Part shown: piece after piece, positions 8,776-19,500 of the stretch | Layout of the letters: each line of letters opens with the position of its first letter | How positions within the stretch are numbered: position 1 is the first letter of the stretch | Origin: a virus | Taxonomy: Duplodnaviria > Caudoviricetes | Direction: 5' to 3' (one strand) | Virus record (IMG/VR): IMGVR_UViG_3300047279_000098 | Span: 1 to 38,901 of that record | DNA length: 38,901 bases | Made by a program: the position numbers and the translations under genes | Notes under the pieces: generated by a model | What the model was told of the DNA's origin: nothing | Database searches by the model: none | Seen by the model: only the letters and a program-made list of their open reading frames with translations

Positions 8776-9664
8776 ATCGAGCTATGGCACCGATGCCAGC
8801 CCTGCAGGCACGGACGCCCTGCTGGTGCGCAACCTTGATATCACCCCTCTTTCAGGTGATGTTGTCAGCCGTGACCTGATCCGTCCTTATCTGGGCAACT
8901 TTGATCAATTGATCGGTCTGACCAGCGTTGGCATCACCTTTGAGGTTGAACTAGCCGGTTCAGGCACCGCTGGTACTGCCCCTAAGTTTGATGCCATTCT
9001 GAAGGCATGCGGCTTGGCGGCCACGATCGTTTCAAGCACCAGCGTGACCTACGCGCCAGTGTCGGCAAGCTTCAGCTCCGCCACGATCTATTTCAACGTG
9101 GATGGCGTGCTGCATAAGCTGACCGGTTGCCGTGGCTCACTGACCATGAGCTGTGCCGTTGGTGCCATCCCAACACTGGCATTCAACCTCACTGGCGTCT
9201 ACAACGCTCCGACCGACACAGCCCAACCTGCTGTGACCTATTCGGCACAGGCCACACCGTTGATCTTCCGCGAAGGCAACACCAGCAGTTTCTCCTTCTT
9301 CTCCTACAGCGGTGTCTTGCAATCGGTTGATTTCAACCTTGCCAATGACTTGGTTTACCGCGAGCTGGTTGGTGGCACCAAGGAAACCTTGATCACCGAT
9401 CGCAAGCCTGCTGGTACGGTGATGATCGAAGCGCCGACCATTGCGACCAAGGACTTTTTCACCACAGCCCTTGGATCGTCAACTGGTAACCTGACCTTCC
9501 TGCATGGCACTACTGCCGGCAACCGAGTCACCTTCACCGCATCACAAGTTGATGTATTGAATCCTACCTATCAGGATCAGGATTCGATTATGATGCTGTC
9601 CGTCCCGTATGTGGCCCTCCCGACCACTGCAGGCAACAACGAATTCAGCCTAGCCTTCACCTGA
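8732..9664 (+). CDS. Major tail tube protein
   Basis: ESSYGTD, VELAGSGTAGTAP, LKACG, LTGCRG; position before chaperones; biased codon usage. Confidence 0.85.
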   Translation: MALLSRKRLILVKTESSYGTDASPAGTDALLVRNLDITPLSGDVVSRDLIRPYLGNFDQLIGLTSVGITFEVELAGSGTAGTAPKFDAILKACGLAATIVSSTSVTYAPVSASFSSATIYFNVDGVLHKLTGCRGSLTMSCAVGAIPTLAFNLTGVYNAPTDTAQPAVTYSAQATPLIFREGNTSSFSFFSYSGVLQSVDFNLANDLVYRELVGGTKETLITDRKPAGTVMIEAPTIATKDFFTTALGSSTGNLTFLHGTTAGNRVTFTASQVDVLNPTYQDQDSIMMLSVPYVALPTTAGNNEFSLAFT

Positions 9665-9675
9665 TACCACCCCTC

Positions 9676-10002
9676 ATGGCATTCATTCGCAAAAAAGTTG
9701 CAAGCTACGGCTGGCCTGTAACCGTCGAGGTTCCCTCTGACGGCGGCAAATTTGAAAAGCAACTTTTCAATGTGACCTTCAAGCGGCTTGGTCGATCTGA
9801 GTTCACCAAATTGGCGGACAAAGGTGACGTCGAGCTGCTTGAAGCGGTGCTCGAGGGATGGGATGAGATCGTCGATGAAGATGGCACTGCAGTCCCATTC
9901 ACGGCTGCAAACCGCCTCAGCTTTCTTGACGATCCCTACTTCTGCCGTGGTGTGATCAAGGCTTACCTTGAATCGCTGGACGGAGCACAGGTAAAAAACT
10001 GA
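9676..10002 (+). CDS. Tail assembly chaperone (gpG-like)
   Basis: WPVTVEVP..GWDEIVDEDG..PF; ends in A AAA AAC slippery heptamer. Confidence 0.8.
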   Translation: MAFIRKKVASYGWPVTVEVPSDGGKFEKQLFNVTFKRLGRSEFTKLADKGDVELLEAVLEGWDEIVDEDGTAVPFTAANRLSFLDDPYFCRGVIKAYLESLDGAQVKN

Positions 10003-10322
10003 AGGAGGCCGCACTGCATTGGGCTGGTGGCGGTGAACGCGACGAATCCGGTGATGATGCGGCTGTCTTTGGAATAGATCCGACTGTTCTGAAAACAGAG
10101 CAGTCGGACAATTTCGACGTATGGGACGACAACTGGGACATCGTCATGATGTTTATGCGCCTCCAGACCCAGTGGAACGTCACCATGGGCGGCTATGTAG
10201 GCTTGCGCTACGAGCCGCTTCAATGGCTGTGCAGTCTATACTCGGTTAAGGACGTGCCAACCATGTTCGAGGGCATCCAGATCATGGAAGCCTCAGCCCT
10301 AAGCCAGTTGAACGCGAAGTAA
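9993..10322 (+). CDS. -1 frameshift extension of tail chaperone (gpT-like, DUF1799-like), not in ORF track
   Basis: -1 frame open from heptamer 9993-9999 to TAA 10320-10322: KLKEAALHWAGG...VWDDNWDIVMMFMRLQTQWNVTMGGYVGLRYE...IQIMEASAL. Confidence 0.8.
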   Translation, partial: KKLKEAALHWAGGGERDESGDDAAVFGIDPTVLKTEQSDNFDVWDDNWDIVMMFMRLQTQWNVTMGGYVGLRYEPLQWLCSLYSVKDVPTMFEGIQIMEASALSQLNAK

Positions 10323-13306
10323 TGGCAAACGAAGCGACAATCCTCCGCATCAGAGCACAGGTCGAAAACCTGGAAGGATTGAATCGCGCTCGTTCGGCCG
10401 TCAGGAATTTTGCAACTGAATCCAAGGCAGCCAGCAACGACCTCGACAAGCTAAGGTCGCTGTTCAAAGAGCTTGGTTCTGAATCAGTTCGTTCGGTCAA
10501 CAATCTTAAGAATTACCGCACTGGTCTTGATGCACTGCGGCAGTCGGCGCAGATCGGCAGCACAACATTCAATGAACTAACGGCTGAAATCAAACAGCTT
10601 GACATTGAATTAGGGACACTGCAAGGCAAGCAAGCTCAAGTTGCATCAGGCTTCAACAAGATTGCATCATCAGCCAACGCAGCAGCAACGGCCACAAGGC
10701 GTCAGTTTGACTTGTCTGGTGCGGGGGCGACGTTTGGGAGAACAACTGTTGCAGGTCAAGCTCGAACCATTAGAGACACCACGCAATACGCGCAACCTAT
10801 TGGACCAAGAGCTGTTGATTACGCTGCAATCAATACAGGACTGACACAGGCCGTTCAGGCAGAACAGCAGTTGACGGAATTGTCACGGCGTGCAAGGCAA
10901 GAGCGGTTATTGACTGCTGAAAAATACAACAACTTGGAAATTGCTGCTGCCGATAAAAAAGCGCGTGAAGAACTTCGCATTCAACAACAAGGATCTGATC
11001 GTGCAGTTGCAGATTTTGATAGACGATTAGCAAACAGAGGAAAAAGACGAGCTAATCTTCAGCAACTTGGGCAAACGGCTGGAGCCGTTGCAGCCTCAGG
11101 TGTGTTTGGCGGCCCTGAAGGTTTGATTGGCGCAAGCATTGGTGCTTTTGCTGGCCCCGGAGGTGCGCTGGCTGGTGGCGCAATAGGAGCCACGGTAGGA
11201 AGCATTCGCCAAGCCATTGGGGAAACAGGCAAATATACAGCAGAATTGCAATTACTAAGAATTGCACTTAGCGGCGTAAGTACCTCTTCAAAAGATTACG
11301 AGAATAATCTTGAAGCAGTCAACAGATTAAGCCAAAGATTTCTAATTCCATTGAAGGACACAACTGAACAATATACTAAGTTGCAAGCCAGCGTGCAAGG
11401 TGCTGGCCTAAATAGCAAGCAAACAGAAACTGCATTTAAAGGAATTGCTGCTGCGATTATTGCAACCGGAGGAAGTACGCAAGATTTGAATTCTGCGTTG
11501 CTTGCAACATCACAGGTATTCAGTAAAGGTAAAGTAAGCGCAGAAGAACTTCGCGGTCAAATTGGCGAAAGACTTGCCGGTGCGTTTACAATTTTTGCTG
11601 CATCAATTGGCAAGACCCCACAGCAACTTGATAAAGCTTTGAAAGACGGCGAAGTGACCTTGGCTAATTTCCTTACTTTTACCGAGGAATTATTTAAGCG
11701 TTACGGCAAGACTGCTGACATTATTGCAGAAGCCCCTCAAAATGCAGGCAAGCGTCTTACGTTGGCTCTTGACAATATCACTGTTCAAATCGGACGCTTT
11801 GCCGGTCCTATTGGCGCAGCATTCCAATCTATTGCGACCAACATTGTAAATGGCCTTGCGCCTGCCTTTGAAGCATTTGCCAATTTACTTGATCTTCCCA
11901 AGGTAGCAGCGAAAGAAAGATTGCCCCAAATTGATCGTCAAATTAAAGCCGCACAAAAACAAATTGACACATACAGATTAGGTGAGGGAATGCCAGGTGG
12001 AAGATTGGCATTTACAATTCCACGTCAACTGCAAGAAACTCAATTAAAAGCATTGCAAGGTGAACGGAAGTTAATTCAAGTTACACTTGCTTCTGTTGCG
12101 TCTGGTGTCAACAGAACCGCTCCACGCATTGGCGATACAGTTGGTGGCGGCGCATCTAAAACTGCAGAAAACGCAGCCAAGCGCCTTGCTGAAAGGACAA
12201 AAGAGCAATTGATTGCTTCAAGGCAATTGATTGATACAGAAAAAGCAAGACGTGGTGTTAGTGAAAGCAATACTGCCATGGAGGAAATTAAAGCAAAAAA
12301 CAAGGAAATTGAAGCTGAAACCCAAAAACGCTATAACGATCTTTTAAGAAAAAGCCTATCTGATGAAGAAAGGACAAATATCTTAATTGCAAAAAGAATT
12401 GCAGTAAGAAGAAATGAGGCAGATGCAATTAAAAAAATTGCCACCGAACGAAGCAAGGCATTGGCCGAAGAAAATCGGCAGCGTTACGCCGAAGCCGGCC
12501 TGCTTGACGTCTTGACGGAAAAACGCCAAGGCGCTCTTGCTGGTGCATTTACTGGCGGCACGGCACTTGGCACGTTCCGCACGGACATCAACTTGATGCC
12601 AGAAATCACTGGTGGTGAACTTGGTCAAAAAATTGAAGAATTGCGCAAGTCGCTTGAAGAGCTCAATAATCCAATCGGTCAAATTATTATTGGCGCCGAA
12701 CGAATCGGCACTGCATTTAGTGAATCATTTACTGGGTTGATTAATGGATCAATGAGCGCACAGGAATCATTGGCAAACTTCTTCAGAAGCGTTGCCAATC
12801 ACTTCCTAGACATGGCAATGCGGATGATAAGCAAATACGTTGAAATGCAAGTTTTGGGTTTGGCACAACAGTTTTTTCCTAATATGTTTGGCAGCCAGTT
12901 TGGATTCAAGGGAAATTCGTTCCTTGGCAGTGCTGCATTTGGAGCTGGATTTCAAGCTCCAGCATTCAGCTTGAATGCCAACGGCAACGTCTTCGCCCAG
13001 AACGGCATCGTGCCATTTGCAAATGGTGGGATTGTCGATCGGCCGATGATGTTCCCGTTTGCGAAGGGCATCGGGTTGATGGGTGAGGCTGGCCCTGAGG
13101 CGATCATGCCGCTGAAGCGTGGCGCTGATGGCAAGCTGGGCGTTGCTGGCGGCGGTGGTGGCACAACTGTCAATGTGAGCGTCGATGCCTCTGGCTCGAG
13201 CGTACAGGGTGACAAAGGTCAAAGCGCAGCACTGGGGAGAGCAATTGCTGCTAGTGTGCAGGCTGAACTGGTCAAGCAAAAGCGCCCTGGAGGATTGTTG
13301 GCCTGA
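10322..13306 (+). CDS. Tape measure protein
   Basis: 994 aa helical/Ala-rich; SQVFSKGKVSAEELRGQIGERL tape-measure motif; lambda-like C-terminus FANGG..GEAGPEAIMPL. Confidence 0.93.
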   Translation: MANEATILRIRAQVENLEGLNRARSAVRNFATESKAASNDLDKLRSLFKELGSESVRSVNNLKNYRTGLDALRQSAQIGSTTFNELTAEIKQLDIELGTLQGKQAQVASGFNKIASSANAAATATRRQFDLSGAGATFGRTTVAGQARTIRDTTQYAQPIGPRAVDYAAINTGLTQAVQAEQQLTELSRRARQERLLTAEKYNNLEIAAADKKAREELRIQQQGSDRAVADFDRRLANRGKRRANLQQLGQTAGAVAASGVFGGPEGLIGASIGAFAGPGGALAGGAIGATVGSIRQAIGETGKYTAELQLLRIALSGVSTSSKDYENNLEAVNRLSQRFLIPLKDTTEQYTKLQASVQGAGLNSKQTETAFKGIAAAIIATGGSTQDLNSALLATSQVFSKGKVSAEELRGQIGERLAGAFTIFAASIGKTPQQLDKALKDGEVTLANFLTFTEELFKRYGKTADIIAEAPQNAGKRLTLALDNITVQIGRFAGPIGAAFQSIATNIVNGLAPAFEAFANLLDLPKVAAKERLPQIDRQIKAAQKQIDTYRLGEGMPGGRLAFTIPRQLQETQLKALQGERKLIQVTLASVASGVNRTAPRIGDTVGGGASKTAENAAKRLAERTKEQLIASRQLIDTEKARRGVSESNTAMEEIKAKNKEIEAETQKRYNDLLRKSLSDEERTNILIAKRIAVRRNEADAIKKIATERSKALAEENRQRYAEAGLLDVLTEKRQGALAGAFTGGTALGTFRTDINLMPEITGGELGQKIEELRKSLEELNNPIGQIIIGAERIGTAFSESFTGLINGSMSAQESLANFFRSVANHFLDMAMRMISKYVEMQVLGLAQQFFPNMFGSQFGFKGNSFLGSAAFGAGFQAPAFSLNANGNVFAQNGIVPFANGGIVDRPMMFPFAKGIGLMGEAGPEAIMPLKRGADGKLGVAGGGGGTTVNVSVDASGSSVQGDKGQSAALGRAIAASVQAELVKQKRPGGLLA

Positions 13307-13641
13307 TGGCAACCTTTACCTACACACCAAGCTTTGAGGCAACGGAAGCTAGCAGGCCGCGTGTTTCCAAGATTCAGTATGGTGATGGTTATGAAATGCG
13401 TGCAACATTTGGATTGAACACTGATCCAAAGGAATGGACGCTTACGTTTTCAGAACGCACTGATACCGAACGCGACAGCATCCTTACATTTTTGGAAGCG
13501 CGTAATGCAGTTGAAAGTTTTGACTGGACCCCACCACGTGGCAGCGCAGGTAAGTATGTTTGCGAAGAGTGGCAAGTAACTTTGCGTGCGTTTAATTTTA
13601 ATAATATCCAAGCCAAATTCCGGGAAGTGTACGAACCCTAA
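13306..13641 (+). CDS. Minor tail protein M-like (distal tail)
   Basis: YGDGYE..GLN, FLEAR..SFDWTPP, FREVYEP. Confidence 0.9.
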   Translation: MATFTYTPSFEATEASRPRVSKIQYGDGYEMRATFGLNTDPKEWTLTFSERTDTERDSILTFLEARNAVESFDWTPPRGSAGKYVCEEWQVTLRAFNFNNIQAKFREVYEP

Positions 13642-15182
13642 TGGCATACACAGCCTGGGCCAGTGCTACTAGCTATGCGGTTGGCGCCATTGTTCGCGCC
13701 AGTACGGTGCAGGACTTTGGCCTGGTATTTAGGTGCACTACGGCTGGCACGTCAGGCGCCACGCAACCGGCATGGCCAACGCTGATCGATGGCACGGTTG
13801 TCGATGGTGGTGTCACATGGACAGCGATCAGCGCGGTCTATGAAGACCTCAGCGTGCTGGCACCTAATGCCATCATCGAGCTGTTCCAGTTGCATCTTGA
13901 TAGTACGTTGCATGGTAGCAGCACGATTTATTACTTCCATAATGGTGTCAATGCAGCGGTAACTGGCAACATCACATGGAATGGCCAAGCGTATGTAAGG
14001 CTGCCGATTGAGGCAACTGGCTTTGATTATTCCAGCACCGGCACATTGCCACGCCCTTCGCTGACTGTTAGCAACATCGGCAGCAGTATTACAGCATTGT
14101 TGCTGCAAGTTAACATGATTACCGCAGGCAATGACCTTGGCGGGGCGAAGGTTGTTCGCATCCGTACGCTGAAAAAATACCTCGACGGCGAGACTGGGGC
14201 AGACCCGCACGCTAAGTTCCCTGATGAGATCTGGTACGTAGATCGTAAGGCAAATGAAAACAGAGCGGCAGTTGAGTTTGAGCTAGCCAGTAAGTTTGAC
14301 CTTGCTGGTGTGATGTTGCCACGGCGTCAGATCATCGCTAATGTATGCCAGTGGGTGTATCGCGGCGGTGAGTGCGGCTACAATGGCACTGATTATTACG
14401 ACATTAACGACAACAAAGTAGCATCAAGCGGCAGTGATGTATGCGGCAAAAGGTTGAGCAGTTGTAATGTACGGTTCACGCCATTTACGCTTGCTGGCTC
14501 TGTGACGAATGGCAGCACATCAATGACCGTGGCGTCGTATTTTAACTTTAACGCAGACCAGGCTGTCTCTGGATTAGGCATCCCAAGTGGAACCACGATC
14601 AGCGCCATCGTTAATGCCACCACGCTGACCTTGAGTCAGGCTGCAACTATGACCACATCGAGCACCAAGACAGGCACTGTCTCGACATCCGCAGCTTCTG
14701 TGGTAGTTTCAAGCAACACTGGCATCAGCGTCGGGCAAGCAGTGTCCGGCACCTACATACCAGCAAGCACAACAGTAATCGGCATCTCTGGCACGACAGT
14801 TACGCTCAGCAACAGGCCGCATTCAATTGCTCGGGCGGGAACTTATGTACCGACATTTGAGACATATTATTACGATGAGCAATCCACCACAATTTTAACC
14901 GGACAACAAATCAACATAGATACAACCGGCCTATCTGCCGGGATGATTGCATTCGGCAGCAATGGTATTGACACGACTATAGCGTCTGTTGGATCTGGTG
15001 TTATTTATCTCAATGGATACGGCGACTTATATGCCGATACAATTGCCGTCAATTTGTACTTCCTGCCAGCATCACCAGGGTCTGCAACCTACACATTCAC
15101 ATCAAACGCCAAGTACACCTTCCGCACACCTGATACGGCATTACCATTCGGCAGCTATCCTGGAGCAGGGCTATCGCAATGA
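13641..15182 (+). CDS. Minor tail protein L-like with added N-terminal and inserted adhesin-like domains
   Basis: gpL core IIELFQL, PIEATGF, LPRPSLTVSN, RTLKKYLD, FELAS; four Cys in CQWVYRGGECGY..CGKRLSSC; terminal LPFGSYPG. Confidence 0.88.
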   Translation: MAYTAWASATSYAVGAIVRASTVQDFGLVFRCTTAGTSGATQPAWPTLIDGTVVDGGVTWTAISAVYEDLSVLAPNAIIELFQLHLDSTLHGSSTIYYFHNGVNAAVTGNITWNGQAYVRLPIEATGFDYSSTGTLPRPSLTVSNIGSSITALLLQVNMITAGNDLGGAKVVRIRTLKKYLDGETGADPHAKFPDEIWYVDRKANENRAAVEFELASKFDLAGVMLPRRQIIANVCQWVYRGGECGYNGTDYYDINDNKVASSGSDVCGKRLSSCNVRFTPFTLAGSVTNGSTSMTVASYFNFNADQAVSGLGIPSGTTISAIVNATTLTLSQAATMTTSSTKTGTVSTSAASVVVSSNTGISVGQAVSGTYIPASTTVIGISGTTVTLSNRPHSIARAGTYVPTFETYYYDEQSTTILTGQQINIDTTGLSAGMIAFGSNGIDTTIASVGSGVIYLNGYGDLYADTIAVNLYFLPASPGSATYTFTSNAKYTFRTPDTALPFGSYPGAGLSQ

Positions 15183-15892
15183 AGCTAACCGAAACGCTTG
15201 AAGCTCAAATCCTAGAGCACGCACAAGCTGAAGACCCACGCGAATGCTGCGGTTTAATCGCAGTGGTCAAAGGTCGCCGCCGTTACTTCCCCTGCCAAAA
15301 CATTGCCACCACACCGGATGAGCACTTTGTTTTAAGTGGTGTGGATTATGCACAGGTTGAGGACCAGGGCGAAATCGTGGCCGTTGTTCACAGTCACCCG
15401 ATCAGCAACCCGGCTCCGAGCCAAGCGGATCGTGTTGCCTGTCAGAAGTCTGGTTTGCCATGGGTGATCGTCAATCCCAAGACAGAGGCATGGGGCGATT
15501 GCAAGCCCGATAGCTTTGAGCTGCCATACGTTGGCCGCGAGTTTGTCTTTGGTGTGGTTGATTGCTACTCGCTGGTGCGCGATTGGTACGGCAAAGAGTT
15601 TGGCCTGCAACTCAATGATTACGAACGCCGTGATCTGTTCTGGGAACGTGGCGAGAATCTATACGTTGACAACTTCTACCGCGAAGGGTTTCGCAAGATC
15701 CCGTTTGAAGAATTGCAATATGGTGATGCCTTGCTGATGCAGCTTGGATCCAAGCTACCAAATCACGCGGCAATCTACATCGACGACCAGCAGATCCTGC
15801 ATCACATCCAAGGACGACTGAGTAGTAGGGACGTTCTTGGGAGCTACTATACTAAGAACACTGCCATGGTCTTGCGGCATGAAAGTCGTTAA
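15179..15892 (+). CDS. Tail tip assembly protein K-like (MPN/JAB + NlpC/P60)
   Basis: PRECCG, VHSHP..PSQAD, YVGREF..DCYSLVRDWY, NHAAIY, ILHH. Confidence 0.93.
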   Translation: MKLTETLEAQILEHAQAEDPRECCGLIAVVKGRRRYFPCQNIATTPDEHFVLSGVDYAQVEDQGEIVAVVHSHPISNPAPSQADRVACQKSGLPWVIVNPKTEAWGDCKPDSFELPYVGREFVFGVVDCYSLVRDWYGKEFGLQLNDYERRDLFWERGENLYVDNFYREGFRKIPFEELQYGDALLMQLGSKLPNHAAIYIDDQQILHHIQGRLSSRDVLGSYYTKNTAMVLRHESR

Positions 15893-16550
15893 GGTCTACG
15901 GCGCCCTCCGCAAACGGCTAGGGCAATGCCGCTTCCAGTTCGAGGCTGATACGCCTGCTCAGGCCATCAAGGCATTGTGCGCCAACTTCCCCGGTCTCGA
16001 CAAGTGGCTGATCGATAGCGAGCAGGATGGCGTCGGCTATCGGGTCACGATCGGCAAGGAGCGGATCGGTGAAGCCGAGGCTGGCGCCTTGCTGTTGCCA
16101 TGGAGTGAGCGCGACGTGTTCAGCATCACGCCCGTGATCGCTGGTGCTGGTCAGGGTGCAGGGCAGATACTGGCTGGCATTGGCTTGGTGGCGTTGGCCA
16201 TCGTCATCGGCCCAGCGGCAGGTGGATTCCTTGGACTTGGTGCTGGTCTTGGAGGTGCATCAGGTGCTGGCGCTGCCATCAGCATGGGTTTGGTAAGCGG
16301 TGCATTTGCATCAGCCGTCGGCTTCCTAGGCGTATCACTGGTGATTGGCGGCGTCGCCCAAATGCTGTCACCTACGCCAACATTCTCCGGCCTTGAACGC
16401 GGCAAAGAAGCGGCACGGCTTGAGTCGTTTACGTTCTCTGGCATCACCAATACGGTGCAGCAGGGGATGCCGGTTCCGATTTGCTATGGTCGGTGCTACA
16501 TCGGATCTGCTGTGATCAGCAGCGGTCTTGACGTGGATCAACTGGTATGA
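15879..16550 (+). CDS. Tail assembly protein I-like
   Basis: Probable start ATG 15879 (MKVVKVYGAL); PVIAGAG, Gly-rich hydrophobic stretch, SFTFSGITNT.QQGMPVPICYG..GSAVIS. Confidence 0.9.
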   Translation: MKVVKVYGALRKRLGQCRFQFEADTPAQAIKALCANFPGLDKWLIDSEQDGVGYRVTIGKERIGEAEAGALLLPWSERDVFSITPVIAGAGQGAGQILAGIGLVALAIVIGPAAGGFLGLGAGLGGASGAGAAISMGLVSGAFASAVGFLGVSLVIGGVAQMLSPTPTFSGLERGKEAARLESFTFSGITNTVQQGMPVPICYGRCYIGSAVISSGLDVDQLV

Positions 16551-19500
16551 CATACATCCAAGGCTCTGGCGGTGGCGGTGGCGGTGGTGGCGGTAAAGGC
16601 GGCGGCGGCGGTAGTGGGCAGTCGTATATCGCAACGGAATCCGATGATTCGCTGCAGTCAGTCCAATATGGCAGTGTCTTGGACCTGCTCAGTGAAGGCG
16701 AAATAGAAGGCATTGAAGGCGGCGCCAAGGGTATCTATCTTGATGGCACACCAATTCAAAGCAGTGCTGGAGCGGATAACTTTAGCGGCTATACACTTGT
16801 TACCCGCAATGGTACGCAAGCGCAAACGTATATCCCAAACACCAATGGAACAGAGCTTGAGAAGGGAGTCAACGTAGAGGCATCATTTACGGCAGCAGTC
16901 ACCAGGACGGTCACTGATGTTGATGTTGACCGCGTGCGCGTTACGGTGCAGATGCCAGCGTGCCGAACTATTGAAACCAATGGTGACATCACGGGCAACA
17001 GCGTCCAGATTGAAATCCAAGTTCAATACAACGGCGGTGGATTCACAACTGTAATCGCAGACACGATCAGCGGCAAGACGACCAACAGCTACCAGCGTGA
17101 CTACATGCTGACGTTAAGCGGTGCGTTTCCGGTTGACATCCGCCTGAAGCGCATATCAGCAGATGCAATCAGCGCACGCAGTCAGAATAAAACTTTCTTC
17201 TACAGCTATACAGAAATCATCGACGAGAAGCTGCGCTACCCTAACAGCGCACTGGCATTCCTGCGGTTTGACAGCCGGCAATTTAGCAGCATTCCAGCCC
17301 GCAAGTATTTGGTGCGGGGCATCAAAGTACAGTTGCCAAGTAATGCCACAGTAGATACCACAACCTACCTTGGCCGCGTCACCTATGCAGGTGTCTGGGA
17401 TGGTACGTTTGGTGCCGCTACATGGTGCGCTGATCCAGCTTGGTGTCTGTGGGATCTGCTGACCAATACGCGCTATGGGGCAGCTATCCCAGCCAGCAGT
17501 CTTGATCGTTACGACTTCTATACGATCAGCCAATACTGCAACACTTTGGTCAGTGATGGCAAGGGCGCCCAAGAGCCACGGTTCCTTTGCAACCTGCTGC
17601 TCAACAGCCGCGATGAGGTTTACAACGTCATCCAGGAGTTCACTGCATTATTTCGTGGGATTGTTTACTACGGTGCTGGCACGCTGGTGGTCAGCCAGGA
17701 CAAACCATCTGATCCGCAGTACGTCATCACGGCAGCCAACGTAATCGACGGTATCTTCAACTACTCGGGCACATCACAAAAGGCCCGTGCTAGCACCGCA
17801 ACCATCGGCTACCAGACCTATGAGGGCCTGGGCGAGGTTGAGTTTGAATACGTCGAGGATGCTGCGGCAATTGCCAAGTACGGCATCATCAACCGTGATG
17901 TCAAGCTGCTCGGTTGCTACAGCCAAGGGCAAGCCGCTCGTGCTGGTAAGTGGATGCTGCTGAGCGAGCAGAACCTCACGGAGACGGTCACCTTTGCCGT
18001 CTCAATCGACAGCGGCATCATCCTGCGGCCTGGCATGGTGGTCAACGTTGCAGACCCCCTCAAGGCCGGCTCACGGCGTGGTGGTCGCATCAGCAGTGCA
18101 ACGACAACAGCCGTCACAATCGACAGCACCGAAAGCCTCAGCGTTACCGTGGCAAACAGCGCCACGCTTAAGGTGATGATGCCAACCGGATTGGTTGAAA
18201 CGCGCAATATCAGCAGCATTGTTGGCCGCGTCATCACTGTTACATCAGCATTCAGTGAAGCGCCCAACTCTCAATCAATGTGGTTGATTGATACAACAGA
18301 CGTAAAACTGCAAACGTTCCGGGTGATCACCGTTTCAGAATCTGAACCGGGTGTATTTGGCGTGACCGCGCTTGCGTACAACGAGACTATTTACACCGCA
18401 ATTGAAAGCAACCTTAAGGTAACGCCGCGTGACATCACAAGTCTCGGCACTCACCCGGAACCGGTAAGCAGTATCAATGGCGTTGAGTTTCTATACGAAA
18501 GCGGCCAAAGCGTATTGACTGGGTTTGACCTGAGTTGGATCAGTCCAGTGCAATATGTTGCTAGCTTCCGCGTTCAACATCGTCTGGACAACAGTAACTG
18601 GATCACAACGGAAACAACGTCGCCATCATTGCGGATCGGCGACCTTCAGGCTGGCACGTTGCAGGTACAAATCCAAGCATTAAATAGCCTTGGCAATGCC
18701 AGTGTTATATCACCGGCTAGCTTTAACTTAGTCGGCAAGACTGCTGTCCCAGGTAACGTACTAAACCTAAGCATTGAAGCAATCAGCGCCAACAGCGCAC
18801 GGTTGCGTTGGGATAAAACGCTGGACCTAGACGTCAAAACGGGCGGCCTTATCAAGATCAGGCACAGCTCAAAGACTGATGGCACAGGCGAATGGAGTAA
18901 TTCTATTGACTTAATCCCAGCCAAATCTGGCACGCAAACTGAAGCGATCGTGCCGTTGCTGGAAGGCGAGATCCTAGTCAAGTTCCAGGATGATGGCGGT
19001 AGGCAATCAACTGATGCAACAAGCGTAATCGTTGACCTACCGGAAACGCTAGGTTCATTGCCAATCGTAAGCAGACGTGAAGATCAAGACAGCCCGCCAT
19101 TCCAAGGCACCAAAACGAACGTCTTTTATAGCGAGGAGTTTGATGCGTTGACGCTGAATGGCACTAGCGCGCTTGATTCTATTATTGACTTTGATCTAAT
19201 CCCGTCATTTGATTATCTTATTAATGTTTGGCCAGAAGGCAATTATGTATTTGCAAATACGCTGGACCTTGGTGCAGTATTCAGCCTTGACCTGAGTCGT
19301 TATTTTACAACACGTGGATTTTTCCCAAGTGACCTGATCGACAGTAGGGTGGCTGATGTAGACCTGTGGTCTGACTGGGATGGTGCCGTCAACGACTCGG
19401 TTAACTCCGTCCTGTACCTACGGCGCACAAATGACAACCCCTCAGGCACACCGACATGGAGCGACTATCAGCCATTTGTGACTGGTACATTCTTAGGTCG

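Noticed and set aside
16562-16618. GGC/GGT microsatellite as a contingency locus
   Set aside because: Encodes the Gly-rich N-terminal linker usual in gpJ-like proteins; mixed codons, in frame
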